From NCBI GenBank assembly GCA_963840855.1, contig CAWJBB010000058.1, forward strand, positions 1 through 64,000: a stretch of DNA of 64,000 nt, given 5' to 3'. This DNA is from an uncultured delta proteobacterium (GTDB lineage Bacteria; Desulfobacterota; Binatia; UBA9968). The notes beneath the pieces are model-generated. The model made no database searches. It was given only the letters and a program-made list of their open reading frames with translations, and was not told the DNA's origin. A program made the position numbers and the translations under genes. This document shows, one piece after another, positions 19,837 through 30,913 of this stretch; within the stretch, counting starts at the first letter, position 1, and every line of letters begins with the position of its first letter.

Positions 19837-21786
19837 ATGGCTGACGAGGCTATCGACTCTTCACGCATCGAAGCGGCGAAAGAGATCGCCCTACAAGAAG
19901 AGGGACCCCGCAGACGACTCGAAGGTATCACCGGTTGGCTCGCGGCCGGCCTCGCCGTGGCTATGTCACTGCTCTTTATTTACTGGGCGTGGGCCACCGT
20001 CACAGCGCAGATGTTGCGCCTGGTATTTCTCCTGTTCTCTCTCGTTTTGTCTTTTCTCCTCTATCCGGCAAGGCGCAAAGGTCGGCTCGCGGGCGTACCC
20101 TGGTTCGACTGGCTTTTGATCGGATTGAGTCTCATCGCCATCGGTTACCCGATGTGGGATTTCGAAGAGTTCATCTACCGCGCAGCGCTGCCAACTTTGA
20201 CGGACCAGATTCTCGGTGGGCTCACGATTTTGCTGGTGCTGGAGGCGACGCGCCGGACAACAGGATGGATCTTGCCTGTCGTTGCTCTGGTCTTCCTGGC
20301 TTACGCGTGGTTCGGCCCCTGGCTGCCGCCGCCCTGGACCCACCAAGGCTATCGCTTGGACCGGCTGGTCGGGCACATGTATATGACCCTCGAAGGAATC
20401 TTCGGCGTACCCCTCGATGTCGCGGCGACCTTTATCATTCTTTTCACCATCTACGGTGCCGTACTCGAACACTCGAAGGCAGGCGAGTTCTACGTCAACT
20501 TTTCGCTCGCGGCGATGGGCAGTAAGCCCGCGGGAGCCGGCAGAACCGTGACCCTGGCTTCGTTTCTCCTCGGCGGTCCATCGGGCTCGGGCGTAGCCAC
20601 AACGATAACCCTCGGTTCCGTCGCGTATCCACTCCTGGCCAAGGCGGGTTACGACAAAGACTCGGCCGGCGGCCTGCTTTCCGCGGGCGGCATCGGCGCC
20701 ATCATCTCACCGCCGGTACTCGGCGCGGCGGCGTTTTTAATCGCGGAATTTCTCAAGATCTCCTATCTCGAAGTCATCGCCATGGCCGCGATACCGACGC
20801 TTCTCTACTACTGGTCGATTTTCACCATGGTCGAGCTCGATGCCAACAAATTTGGCGCGCGGCCGATTGCAGTAGCAAGCGAAGGCGTTTGGAGCCTAAC
20901 TCGGAAGTACGGTTACCACTTTGTGTCGCTCGTCGCCATCGTCGTGTTTATGCTATGGGGCTACACCGCCATCCTGTCCGTAGTTTACGCGATTCTCCTC
21001 GCCATTGCGTTGAGCTTTATCCGCCGCGAGACGGCTCTCACGCCGGCCCGTCTCTGGAGAGCCCTTCAAGATGGGAGCTGCGGCGTGCTCTCAGTGGCCT
21101 CCACCTGCGCCACCGCTGGAATCATCGTCGGCGTTGTAACGCTTACGGGCCTCGGCCTCAAGTTTTCGATGATCATCCTCGATCTTGCCGGCGGAGGCCT
21201 GTTTCTGACCGTTGTCTATACGGCCATCGCCGTGTGGATCCTCGGTCTCGCCATGCCGGTCACGGCATCGTACATTATCGCTGCAGTGATCACGGCGCCG
21301 GCGATGATCAAGCTCGGCGTTCCAACTTATGCTGCGCACATGTTTATCTTCTACTACGCTGTTCTCTCCGAGGTGTCTCCGCCGACGGCGTTGTCTCCTT
21401 TCGCCGCCGCGGCGATCACCGGCGGCAATCCTTACCGCACGACGATGTCGGCGTGGAAATACACCTTGCCCGCTTTTCTGGTGCCGTTTATTTTTACCTT
21501 GCACCCCGACGGCATCGGACTTTTGCTCAAGGGCAGTTGGGAAAATATCTTGTGGACGACCCTGAGCGCCGCGATGGGGCTCACCGCGCTGGCTGCTGGA
21601 TTTACGGGCTGGTTCTTAATGAAGACTACGTGGCTGGAATGCGTGCTTCTCGTCGCCGCCGGGTTAGCGCTGCTCTATCCCGAACCAGTGTATGATTTAG
21701 TCGGCCTGGGGCTGTTTGGAACCGTCGCGGTTTTCGAATATGTTCGGCGCGGATCAACCATCCCCGGCGATCATCGGACTACCTGA
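19837..21786 (+). CDS. TRAP transporter fused 4TM/12TM permease
   Basis: LEATRR, EGIFGVPL, PPVLGAAAF, SPPTAL motifs. Confidence 0.92.
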   Translation: MADEAIDSSRIEAAKEIALQEEGPRRRLEGITGWLAAGLAVAMSLLFIYWAWATVTAQMLRLVFLLFSLVLSFLLYPARRKGRLAGVPWFDWLLIGLSLIAIGYPMWDFEEFIYRAALPTLTDQILGGLTILLVLEATRRTTGWILPVVALVFLAYAWFGPWLPPPWTHQGYRLDRLVGHMYMTLEGIFGVPLDVAATFIILFTIYGAVLEHSKAGEFYVNFSLAAMGSKPAGAGRTVTLASFLLGGPSGSGVATTITLGSVAYPLLAKAGYDKDSAGGLLSAGGIGAIISPPVLGAAAFLIAEFLKISYLEVIAMAAIPTLLYYWSIFTMVELDANKFGARPIAVASEGVWSLTRKYGYHFVSLVAIVVFMLWGYTAILSVVYAILLAIALSFIRRETALTPARLWRALQDGSCGVLSVASTCATAGIIVGVVTLTGLGLKFSMIILDLAGGGLFLTVVYTAIAVWILGLAMPVTASYIIAAVITAPAMIKLGVPTYAAHMFIFYYAVLSEVSPPTALSPFAAAAITGGNPYRTTMSAWKYTLPAFLVPFIFTLHPDGIGLLLKGSWENILWTTLSAAMGLTALAAGFTGWFLMKTTWLECVLLVAAGLALLYPEPVYDLVGLGLFGTVAVFEYVRRGSTIPGDHRTT

Positions 21787-21798
21787 CCCGCAGCGAAT

Positions 21799-22332
21799 CT
21801 ATTTCGGCCTCACGTGCTGGCGGCGTTCTTGTCGTCCGTCGGCAAGGCGCGCGGCCAACAAGTCCTTGACGAGCACGCGCAAACGTCCTCGCTCAGCATG
21901 TTGCAAGCGGAGAAACTCGATCTCGCTATGGCTCGAAGCGGCGTTGCGAACGACGGCGGCCTGCACGACGATGGGAAGGTCATCATCAGGAACGTGCAAT
22001 TCCAGACGCAAGATACTCCCTTCGCCGAATGCTACGCCGGTGGTTAGCCCACAGCCTCCCATGGACAAATCCCGCAGCGTTCCTTCATCATGCTCCCCGC
22101 TTTCCCGCCAAATCGACGCGTCCAATGAGACCGGCATGCGCTCAAACTCGCGGCGATCATAGTAGGTCTTGCGATACATTTCTCCCCACTGTAGGAGCTT
22201 GAACCGGTGGCCGCACAATTGGCACCGGAAAGGATAAATGTAGAAGCTGCTGAGCATCCGTTCCAAACCGCCGCTCCGGCTCACGCGCCTTAGAAACTCT
22301 CCCGAGCATTTTGGACACTTCGACTGTATCAT
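21799..22332 (-). CDS. Zinc-ribbon plus PilZ domain protein
   Basis: CPKC...CQLC; RREFER and DLSMGG c-di-GMP-binding motifs. Confidence 0.85.
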   Translation of the reverse strand: MIQSKCPKCSGEFLRRVSRSGGLERMLSSFYIYPFRCQLCGHRFKLLQWGEMYRKTYYDRREFERMPVSLDASIWRESGEHDEGTLRDLSMGGCGLTTGVAFGEGSILRLELHVPDDDLPIVVQAAVVRNAASSHSEIEFLRLQHAERGRLRVLVKDLLAARLADGRQERRQHVRPK

Positions 22333-22369
22333 TCTTGGATTCCCAACATTTTGATCGAAGCCGGACTCT

Positions 22370-23098
22370 TCATGCTTCGTTTACGAGCTTGCCCTCTTGG
22401 TAAGAAAATATTCCCCCGCTCTGGTCCAGCGGCAACTGAGCCGCGAGCACGAATCCTTGGCCCAATATCTCCGGGCCCGGCAGACGGCTGAAAGCTTCTT
22501 GGGGCGCGCTTTCAGTAACGATGGGGACCCGGGGCGAAAAAATCACCACGCAGACGTTGGAGTCGCGGACTTCCTCGGCAACATAGCGTGTAAAGGTGCG
22601 AATGGCATCTTTAGTCACCATATAGGCGCAAGCGCCCGCCGGTGTGAGCCCGCCGCCGCCGTAGAGATTGATGATATGGCCCGATCTTCTCATTTCCATA
22701 TACGCGAGCGCATGCTTGGTACCGAGAAAAGTACCGTAAAGGTTGGTCTGAATCACCCGGTCCCAAAACTCCATCGGCATCTCGGCGATGCGCGGCCAGC
22801 GTGGAATACCCCAGGCGAAGTGCGGCACGATGGCCGCGTTGTTGACCATCACGTCGATCCGGCCGAAGCGGGCAATCACCCGATCGATCATCCCTTTGAC
22901 GCTTTCCTCGTTACGGACATCGACCCGCACGGCGAAGGTTTCCGTGTGCTCGCCGAGCTCGCCGGCGGTTTTCTTCGCCAGTTCCTCGTTGGAGTCCGCG
23001 ACGACGACCTTGGCTTTTTGATCCGCAAAGGTTTTCGCGGCGTGTTTGCCGATGCCTTGCGCGCTGCCGGTGACGACGACGATCCTTCCTTCGAGCAT
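22370..23098 (-). CDS. Short-chain dehydrogenase/reductase
   Basis: VTGSAQGIG, VNNAA, YMVTK. Confidence 0.9.
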   Translation of the reverse strand: MLEGRIVVVTGSAQGIGKHAAKTFADQKAKVVVADSNEELAKKTAGELGEHTETFAVRVDVRNEESVKGMIDRVIARFGRIDVMVNNAAIVPHFAWGIPRWPRIAEMPMEFWDRVIQTNLYGTFLGTKHALAYMEMRRSGHIINLYGGGGLTPAGACAYMVTKDAIRTFTRYVAEEVRDSNVCVVIFSPRVPIVTESAPQEAFSRLPGPEILGQGFVLAAQLPLDQSGGIFSYQEGKLVNEA

Positions 23099-23216
23099 GA
23101 TCGATTCTCCTGGAAAGTTGTTTTGTGATATTGTATCCAGCGAATAGCGCAAAGCGGCGTACTAATCAATCGCGCCGGCAAGCGGGCAACCCTTGAACCG
23201 AGAGGTGGCCGATTCT

Positions 23217-23720
23217 ATGAAAGCCTCCGCAAAAAACCACAGCCGAGTTCGCCGAACACGGGCAAGGCGCAAAACCCTGCGCCGCTTCTCCGTGCGCCGC
23301 TCGCCGATCCACGGCCGCGGCGCGTTCGCGCTGACTCACATTCCAAAAGGAACGCGGCTTATCGAATACACCGGTGAGCGCATCTCCCACCATGAAGCCG
23401 ACCGCCGTTACGCCGCCGAACATGAGTATTCGCCGCACACGATGCTCTTCACCGTCAATGACGATATCGTCATTGACGCCACCCGCCGAGGCAGCTCGGC
23501 GCGGTGGTTCAATCACTCCTGCTCGCCCAATTGTGAAGTGGAGGACGAAGACGACCGCATCTTCGTTGAGACGCGCCGTGACATTCGGCCCGGCGAAGAA
23601 TTGACATACGACTATAATCTGCAACTCGGCGAGCCGCACACCGCGGCTGCCAAACGGGAGAATCCCTGTTTCTGTGGTACGCGCCGCTGCCGCGGCACGC
23701 TGCTGGGCAAGGAAGAATAG
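23217..23720 (+). CDS. SET-domain lysine methyltransferase with post-SET
   Basis: IHGRGAFA, RWFNHSCSPN, GEELTYDY, CFCGTRRCRG. Confidence 0.92.
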   Translation: MKASAKNHSRVRRTRARRKTLRRFSVRRSPIHGRGAFALTHIPKGTRLIEYTGERISHHEADRRYAAEHEYSPHTMLFTVNDDIVIDATRRGSSARWFNHSCSPNCEVEDEDDRIFVETRRDIRPGEELTYDYNLQLGEPHTAAAKRENPCFCGTRRCRGTLLGKEE

Positions 23721-23723
23721 CCG

Positions 23724-23839
23724 GGTAGTGGTTTAGTTTGATTCAACAGACGAATCCAATGTAGGGGCGACCCCCTGTGGTCGCCCTGATTCGGGCAGGC
23801 ACGGAGGCCTCTACAAATTTCTGAGACTGAACCACTACC
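23724..23839. mobile_element. MITE-like element with 14-bp terminal inverted repeats enclosing a GTAG REP pair
   Basis: GGTAGTGGTTTAGT ... ACTGAACCACTACC; internal GTAGGGGCGACCCCCTGTGGTCGCCC...CTAC; inverted relative at 45564-45640. Confidence 0.65.
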
Positions 23840-23942
23840 AATAGCGGGGGGGTGGCTTGACAAAATATTCTCATTCACTAATCTCCCCTGGACAGTTTGG
23901 ACGACCCTCATCGGTTTTATTGCAATGTTAAAGGAGTTCGAC

Positions 23943-25013
23943 ATGAGAAAAATTAACGGGCTTTGCAGGCTGACATTACTTTCCACGCTGGTCGTGCTTG
24001 GCCCTTGGTTGCCGCTGGTTAGCGCCGTTAGCCTAGCGCAAGCGCCCTTCTACCAGGGCAAGACGATCACCGTTATCCAGGGCCGCGGCCCCGGCGGCAG
24101 CGGCGATATGCGCGCGCGGGCGATCACGCAGTTTCTGCCAAAATATATTCCCGGCAACCCAACCATTGTCCACGAGTTTATGCCGGGCGGCGGCGGCTTG
24201 AAAGCCAACAACCATATCTACAGCGGCGCCAGAGCTGATGGTCTGACCATCGGCAGTAGCTCAGGCATGATGAGCAGCGCGATTCTCGGCGGCGCCGGTG
24301 TTATGTATCAAATCGAAAAATTCCATTACCTCGGCGCCGCCGACGCTGGAGGACATTATATTTTCTATACCAGAAAAGAGCTCGGTGTGACTAACTTTGA
24401 CAAGCTGCGCGCGACACCGGGGATTCGCATCGGCGCCCAGTCCGTAGGCCATAGTAACTACAACATCGCCCGCCTGCTCGCCTATTTGCTGCCCATGAAG
24501 GAGCCGCGGTTCGTGGCCGGCTACGCCAGCCCGGAAATCGATCTGGCCATCGAGCGGGGCGAGCTGGATTCCCGGTTTAACCAGAGCTACAGCGTCGTAC
24601 GGAATAATCCCGATTGGATAGAAAAGCGGATGATGGATTTTCATATTACGTTGGAAATAATCAAAGGCGACAAAAACCCAAAATTCGCCGATCTGCCGGA
24701 ACTTGAGAGTTTAGCCAAGACGGAGAGAGACCGCCAGCTCATCAACCTGCAAAGAAGTTTCCGGATCACCGGATCGCCATTTATCTTGCCGCTCGACACT
24801 CCCAAAGACCGGGTCGTCATACTGCAAAACGCGATGACGAAGGTTTTCAAGGACCCCGAATTCCCCAAGTATTTCAAAAAGACGGTGGGCGACGATCCGG
24901 AACTCGTCTTTCCGGAAGTGATGGACAAAGCCGTAAAGGAATTGAAGCGACCGCCCGAAGTCGTCGAGCTGCTGAAAAAAATCGCCGGAGCGGATCCGCT
25001 GCCGGTGCGCTAG
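23943..25013 (+). CDS. TctC/Bug-like tripartite tricarboxylate transporter binding protein (1)
   Basis: FYQGKTITVIQG..PGG, YIPGNPTIV...PGGGG, ADGLTIG, ERGELD, TPKDRV. Confidence 0.88.
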   Translation: MRKINGLCRLTLLSTLVVLGPWLPLVSAVSLAQAPFYQGKTITVIQGRGPGGSGDMRARAITQFLPKYIPGNPTIVHEFMPGGGGLKANNHIYSGARADGLTIGSSSGMMSSAILGGAGVMYQIEKFHYLGAADAGGHYIFYTRKELGVTNFDKLRATPGIRIGAQSVGHSNYNIARLLAYLLPMKEPRFVAGYASPEIDLAIERGELDSRFNQSYSVVRNNPDWIEKRMMDFHITLEIIKGDKNPKFADLPELESLAKTERDRQLINLQRSFRITGSPFILPLDTPKDRVVILQNAMTKVFKDPEFPKYFKKTVGDDPELVFPEVMDKAVKELKRPPEVVELLKKIAGADPLPVR

Positions 25014-25027
25014 CAGCGCCAAGCGCG

Positions 25028-25098
25028 GTTCAAAGTTCAATGTTTAAGGTTCAAGGTGCGGCACGGGGACGTTGAACTTTGAACCTTGAACTTTGAAC
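25028..25098. repeat. GTTCAA heptamer inverted-repeat element
   Basis: (GTTCAAN)x4, spacer, (TTGAACN)x4. Confidence 0.85.
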
Positions 25099-25110
25099 TG
25101 TATTTTTGAA

Positions 25111-25587
25111 TCAATAGCCGAAAAGAAGACCCGGCGGCCAGCGCATTTCCAACGTGTATTCAAAAAGTCCCCAAATCATCCCGTAGGTGCAGGCGGCCAT
25201 GATGACGGAGGGAATGAGTTTCTCCCGTCCCTCCACCAGCATGTATAGAAAGGCCAGGAGCGGCAGCGTGATCACGATGCCGAGAAGCCAGATGCCCGCG
25301 GCGCCGCCGATGAACCAGGCGAAATAAACCAGCGTGCGGCGCAACTCGGTCTTCTCATCCAACTCCACTTTGGTGGTATCATCCATTTCGATGCCTTCGG
25401 CTTTTTTGGCGCGGCGCGCTTCCGAGCCGGAGGCCTCCCCAATCAGTTGTGTTACACCGAGCACCAATCCTGGGATCGCCGCGATATATACCGGCATGAG
25501 CTTGGCGATATAGGGCCATTCCCACCCCCACCATACCGCGACGATAAAAATAGCAACAAGAAACAAAGTAAAACTAGCTGTCATCAC
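25111..25587 (-). CDS. tctB: TctB-like small membrane subunit
   Basis: Hydrophobic protein ending LFEYTLEMRWPPGLL, directly downstream of tctA. Confidence 0.75.
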   Translation of the reverse strand: MMTASFTLFLVAIFIVAVWWGWEWPYIAKLMPVYIAAIPGLVLGVTQLIGEASGSEARRAKKAEGIEMDDTTKVELDEKTELRRTLVYFAWFIGGAAGIWLLGIVITLPLLAFLYMLVEGREKLIPSVIMAACTYGMIWGLFEYTLEMRWPPGLLFGY

Positions 25588-25593
25588 TACTCC

Positions 25594-27102
25594 TCACTGG
25601 GCCGGCCGAGTCGCCATGCCGCTCTTCATCCGGCCTCGCACCGCGAAGAAGAAAGATGTCGCGGCTAGAACCAAAAGCACCATCACCGCGGGCCGCATAA
25701 GCCAGGTAAACCCGTAGCTCGCCATCGAGCGGTAAAGATATCTCTCCATTAAATTGCCTAATACCAAGCCCGAGAATCAGCGCGGGTCTGGGATAACCGA
25801 AGCGCCGCATGAAGTAGCCGAATATGCCGAAGCCCACCACTGCCAACAAATCCGCCGGGTCGCGGGTGACGCTGAAGGCGCCCATCAATACGAAAATAAA
25901 AATGATCGGCACCATCACCGAGTAGCGCACCTGGGCCAGTTTGGCGAGTTGATTGGACAGACCGAAGCCGATCAACGTTCCGGTGATTCCCGCGATGCCT
26001 TGAATCCACACCACGCTATAGATCATCTCCGGGTTTTTCTTGATCATCTCAGGCCCGGGCAGAAAACCCCACGCCAGCAGCGCAACGATAAACAGCGCCG
26101 TCGAAACTCCCTGTGGAAAACCCAAAAGTAATGTCGTCACCAGATCGCCGCCGTCCTTGGCATCGTTGGCGCTCTCCGGCGCAATCACCCCGCGCACGTC
26201 GCCACTGCCAAAGGTCGCGCCGCCCCCCTTGGCTGCTCTGCGCCGCGTGGCCATAGGCAAGCCAATCCACCACCTGCGAGCCGATCCCGGGAACGATCCC
26301 CACCCACACGCCGATGAAGCTGCAACGCACCACCAGCCACCATTCCCGAATCGTGTCCTTCACCCCGTCGAACAACTTGCCGGTGAGGGGCGCCGGTTGC
26401 TGCTCTACGCCGAGCTTCATCAACGCCAAATCCAGCGCAGCCGGGATGCCGAAAAGCGCCAGCGCGATGATGCTGACGGAAATCCCATCCAATAAATAAG
26501 GCTGGTCGAACACAAAGCGCATGATGCCGCTCTGCTCCTGCTGGCCAATGGTGGCCAACAGCAATCCGAATGCGGCGGCAATCAGCCCCTTGAGCGGGCG
26601 GCGCCCCGCCAAAACCGCCACCATGCTAAGACCCCAGAGCACCACCACGAACAGTTCCGGCGACCCCATCAGGTAAATCAAAGGTCTCGCCGCCGGTATG
26701 GCCGCCGCCAAAGTGAATGTCCCGATCAGCGCGCCCATGCCGCCGGCCATGAAAGACGCCCCCAGGGCGCGCCTGGCCTCGCCCCGCTTGCCCATCGGAT
26801 AGCCGTCCAGCACCGTTGCCTGGGAGCCCGAACCGCCGGGAATGCCGAACAGCACGGGCAAGGTACGCCGCGCAGATGGCGCTCACCGAGCTGGCGCCGA
26901 TGAGCAGCGCCATGCCGGTCACCGGCTCCCATTTGATCACCACCGGCAGCATGATGGCGTAAACCAGTGGAATGCCCAGGCCCTGCGGCGCTACAGCGGT
27001 GAACGTGCCGATGCTCACTCCCACCATCATGGCGAAGAAAACTTTGAACTGCAGTATGTTCATGAACCCTTTTATCGCGGCGTCGATAAGTGAAATTTCC
27101 AC
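25594..27102 (-). CDS. tctA: TctA large membrane subunit (three frameshifts)
   Basis: VLFGIPG, TVLDGYPM, GIVPGIG, GVIAPESANDA, YPRPALILG motifs over several ORFs. Confidence 0.88.
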
Positions 27103-27286
27103 TTCAATGCTCCTTGGTGATTAAGGTTGTTAGACGACGTGCGATCGGTAACCTTTGTATTGCCGCTTCGGTACCCTCGGCGCCCCCACACTTGAATCGA
27201 CTTTACCGCCGTTATAATTTGCGAACTACCGATGCCACATTACGGAATGGCAATCAAGAGGCAACACGTGTGATCGCGGAAAACGC

Positions 27287-27376
27287 GGGCGGGTTTGAAA
27301 CCCGCCCCTACGCAACATGAACCGGTGTATATCTCAAACGTCTTGAACGCTTTGAACGGCTTGAACGTTTTGAACG
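27287..27376. repeat. GTAG REP plus TTGAAC repeats with 9-nt period
   Basis: GGGCGGGTTTGAAACCCGCCCCTAC; TTGAACGCT TTGAACGGC TTGAACGTT TTGAACG. Confidence 0.75.
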
Positions 27377-27382
27377 TCGAGA

Positions 27383-28449
27383 TCAACGCGGCGGCAGCGG
27401 CCCCGCCCCGGAGAACTTTTTTGACCAGCTCTAAAACCTCGGGATCCCGCGGCATCTCCCTGATCAGCTTTGCCAATTCTGCTGCGTCCCAGCGGCGAAG
27501 GATCGTCGTCTACCAGTTTCTTGAAGTATTTTGGGAACTCTGGATCTTTAAAGGCCCTGCGCATCGCCTCTTCGAGAATCTCAACCTTGTCTTTGGGTGT
27601 TCCCGGCGGCAAGATGAAAGGCGAGCCGACGCCTCGGAAAGCACGCCAGACGGTAAGAACCTTTTTTTCCCTTTCGGTCTTGGCGAAGCTTTCTACCTCC
27701 GGAAGGTGACCGAGGCGAGGATGCTTAATCCCTTTCGGAATCTCCATAATGGCGTGAAAGTTCATCACTCTTTTTTCTAACCACTCCGGATTACGGCGCA
27801 AAACCGATACGGCCGAATTGGCTCTAGCATCGAGCTCGCCATTCAGCAGGGCTACGTCCACCTCAGGGGAAGTGTAACCCACGATGAACTTCGGTTCCTT
27901 CAGGTCCAAGAAATACGCAAAAAACCGCCCCGCAACGTAGGAAGTATGACCGACGGTCTGTCCCCCGATCCTGATACCAGGTTTGGCCTTAAGCTTCTCC
28001 AAGTTATCCAGCCCAAGTTCCGCTCTCGTGTAGATGACAGCGTGGTTTTCACTCTCTGGAGTACCGAGATAAATGAACTTGTCGACATCATAGGAGACGC
28101 CTTGTTCACGCATGATGCCCAAGGCCACGATTGCCCCGCTGCCCCCGCCTATGGTGAGCCCATCGGGGCGCGCCGAATGAAAGAGGTGATTTGCCCCTTT
28201 CCGACCACCTCCGCCGTCCATGTACTCAATCACGATGGTGGGATTTCCGGGAATATGTTTTTTTATAAAAGGAACCGCGGCTTTTACCCGAAGGTCGCCG
28301 CTTCCGCCCGGTGCGGTGAACGCGACGAGCGTTATCGTCTTACCCGCGTAAAAGTTATCTTGAGAATGCGCAAGCCCCGCTATCAAAGCCGTCAACACGC
28401 CGAGCAAAAGAGCGGCTTTCGTTCGCAATTTCAATTCGCGTTTTTTCAT
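27383..28449 (-). CDS. TctC/Bug-like binding protein (2), frameshifts near 3' end
   Basis: Second half of ORF 27334..29580 with its own AGGAGG RBS and MKKRELK start; ends GAGPLPPR-TGA at 27383. Confidence 0.85.
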
Positions 28450-28475
28450 AATTGCCTCCTTTAACCGAGATCGCA

Positions 28476-28512
28476 TTGAATACTTTGAACCCTTGAACGT
28501 TGAACATTGAAC
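28476..28512. repeat. TTGAAC heptamer half-element
   Basis: TTGAAT..TTGAACCCTTGAACGTTGAACATTGAAC. Confidence 0.75.
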
Positions 28513-28523
28513 TGCCGCAAGGC

Positions 28524-29580
28524 TTAGCGCGCCCGGCAGCGGGCCGGCGCCGGCGAATTTTTTATAAAGTTCTACCGCCTCCCGATCCCTCGGCAAGTCA
28601 CGAATCGCCTTCTCATTTGCTTCCGGCATAAGTGGAGTCGGATCTTCGCCGCCGACCTTGCGGTATTCCTTGAAAAACTCGGGATCTTTGAAACTCTTGC
28701 GCAGGGCTTCTTTGATGATTTCTATCCGATCCTTGGGCATGGCTGGAGGGAGAATGTATGGAGCGCCCGTCAATCTGAAATTGCGGAACATGGTCAGCAG
28801 CTTGCGCTCCCGCTCGGTTTTGACAAAGCCGTCGAGCTCCGGCAAATGGGAAAGACGCGGATGTTTTTCCTCTCTGGGAACGGCAACGATGACATGAAGA
28901 TCGATTAGACCTTTCTCAAGCCATTCGGCATCGCGAGCCAAAATATCATCGGAGCTCGCCAAGCCATCGATCTCGCCGCGTATCAACGCGGCCCTTCGCT
29001 CCGGATTCGAAAAGCCGATGACCTCTTTAATCTCTTTGAGCCCGAGGAGCCAAGCCATGATCCGACCGACGGTATAGTTGGTGTGACCGACGGCTTGAAA
29101 GCCGAAGCGCACGCCCGAGGCTTGCTGGAGTTTATCGAGGGTTCGAAAGCCGGCCTCGCGGCGCGTCATAAGGACATAGTGCGTACGGCTGTAGGGTGAC
29201 CCGACGAAATGAAGTTTGTCGAGGTCGTACTGAACGCCTATTTCGCCGAGTACGGCACTTTCGACCACAGCGCCACCGACGCTGCCAATGGTTAGGCCGT
29301 CGGGACGAGCGCTATTGAAAATGTGATTGGCCGCCTTGCGCCCGCCGGCACCGTCCATGTACTCGTGCACGATGTTGGGATTTCCCGGGATGTACTTGTT
29401 TAGAAACGGCGTCACCGCGCGCGCGCGGAAATCACCCGATCCCCCCGCGGACCGGCCATGAATGATGGTGATAGTTTTGCCTCGATAAAAATCGGACTGT
29501 GCATAAAGAAAGTCAGGCAGCAAGACGAGCTGAGTTAAAAGCGCCCAGGATAAAATCCGCGTCATAACTTTCATCGTCAT
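28524..29580 (-). CDS. TctC/Bug-like binding protein (3)
   Basis: First half of ORF 27334..29580; one extra G before GCGCGCTAA hides the stop at 28524-28526. Confidence 0.85.
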
Positions 29581-29636
29581 CGCGAGTCTCCTTTCTCTTC
29601 GCGCGTTGGCGGCTGCACCTGCCCCGCCTCTTCAGG

Positions 29637-29705
29637 GTTCAAGGTTTAACGTTCAAAGTTCAACGTCTCCGTCCCACCTTGAACCTTAAACATTGAACTT
29701 TGAAC
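29637..29705. repeat. GTTCAA heptamer inverted-repeat element
   Basis: Near-identical to 30834-30902 and to the reverse complement of 25028-25098. Confidence 0.85.
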
Positions 29706-29716
29706 GCCCATAAGGC

Positions 29717-30796
29717 TTACCGCGGCGGAAGAGGGTCTGCGCCCACAAGCTTTTTGAAGAGCTCGATCGCTTCGGGATCACGCGGAATTTCTCTGATTGT
29801 CCTTTCATGATTTTCGGGTAGAAGCGGCGTAGGATCGTCGGCGGTGAGCTTCTTGTACTCGCGGAAAAACTCCGGGTCCCTATAGGTCTTGCGAAAGGCC
29901 TCTTGGAGAATTTCTACCCGATCCTTGGGCGTCCCGGGAGGAAGTACGAAGGGCGTGCCGCTGACTCTAAAAGCACGCTGTAACACGACGACTTTGCGTT
30001 CTCTGTCCGATTTGGCAAAGCTCTCGATCTCGGGCAGCTGGCCGAACTGAGGATGGGGGTGCTTATCACCCTTGGGAGTTTCCATGATCGCGTGAATGTC
30101 CACCAAACCTTTTTCCAGCCAGTCACGCTCGCGCAGAAGAGTATCGGGGCCGGTGGAGCGCGCGTCGATCTCACCACGCAACAGAGCCGGGTCGAGCTCC
30201 GCTCCTCCGTAGGCGGCGATGAACTTCGGCGCGTTAAGACCAAGAAGGTATGCGAACAGGCGCCCTTCATTGTAAGTGGAGAAACCCACGGACTGGGCGC
30301 CAACTTTGAGTCCAGAGGCGGCTTGAAGTTTTTGTATGCTGCTTAACCCGGCCTGCTTCCTAGTCACGAACACCGCGTGATAGGTGCTGTACGGCGATCC
30401 TAGATAATGGAATTTATCGATATCGTATAGGACTCCCGACTCTCCTAGTATCGCCATGGAGACCATGGCGGAGCTAAAGTTGCCAATGGTCAAGCCGTCG
30501 GGACGCGCTGATCTGAAGATATGATTCGCCGCCTTCCGGCTTCCGCCGCCGGGCATATACTCGCTCACGATAGTCGGGTTTCCCGGAATATATTTCTGCA
30601 AGAAAGGGAACAGGGCTTTCACCCGCAAATCTCCGGTGCCGCCCGGGTCGCGTCCCTGAATGATGGCAATGGATTTACCCTTGAAGAACGACTCCTGCGC
30701 ATTCACAGCCGGTGCAATCGGCCAGAGAAAAATCAGTGCGAATGAAGCCAGCGCTGCGGCCGCCAGACTTTGCGACGAGCTTTGCGGAAATTTCAT
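29717..30796 (-). CDS. TctC/Bug-like binding protein (4)
   Basis: Same motif set; ends GADPLPPR. Confidence 0.88.
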   Translation of the reverse strand: MKFPQSSSQSLAAAALASFALIFLWPIAPAVNAQESFFKGKSIAIIQGRDPGGTGDLRVKALFPFLQKYIPGNPTIVSEYMPGGGSRKAANHIFRSARPDGLTIGNFSSAMVSMAILGESGVLYDIDKFHYLGSPYSTYHAVFVTRKQAGLSSIQKLQAASGLKVGAQSVGFSTYNEGRLFAYLLGLNAPKFIAAYGGAELDPALLRGEIDARSTGPDTLLRERDWLEKGLVDIHAIMETPKGDKHPHPQFGQLPEIESFAKSDRERKVVVLQRAFRVSGTPFVLPPGTPKDRVEILQEAFRKTYRDPEFFREYKKLTADDPTPLLPENHERTIREIPRDPEAIELFKKLVGADPLPPR

Positions 30797-30833
30797 ATCT
30801 CCCCCTTGCGATTGGGCTGACGGGAAAATTTCA

Positions 30834-30902
30834 GTTCAAGGTTCAATGTTCAAAGTTCAACGTCTCCGCCCCACCTTGAACCTTAAACATTGAACCTTGA
30901 AC
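30834..30902. repeat. GTTCAA heptamer inverted-repeat element
   Basis: GTTCAAGGTTCAATGTTCAAAGTTCAAC...TTGAACCTTAAACATTGAACCTTGAAC. Confidence 0.85.
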
Positions 30903-30913
30903 CGCGCCCGGCG

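Noticed and set aside
27334-29580. 748-aa tandem double-TctC fusion in the ORF track
   Set aside because: One extra G hides the stop at 28524-28526; the linker is a repeat element and the second gene has its own RBS and signal peptide.
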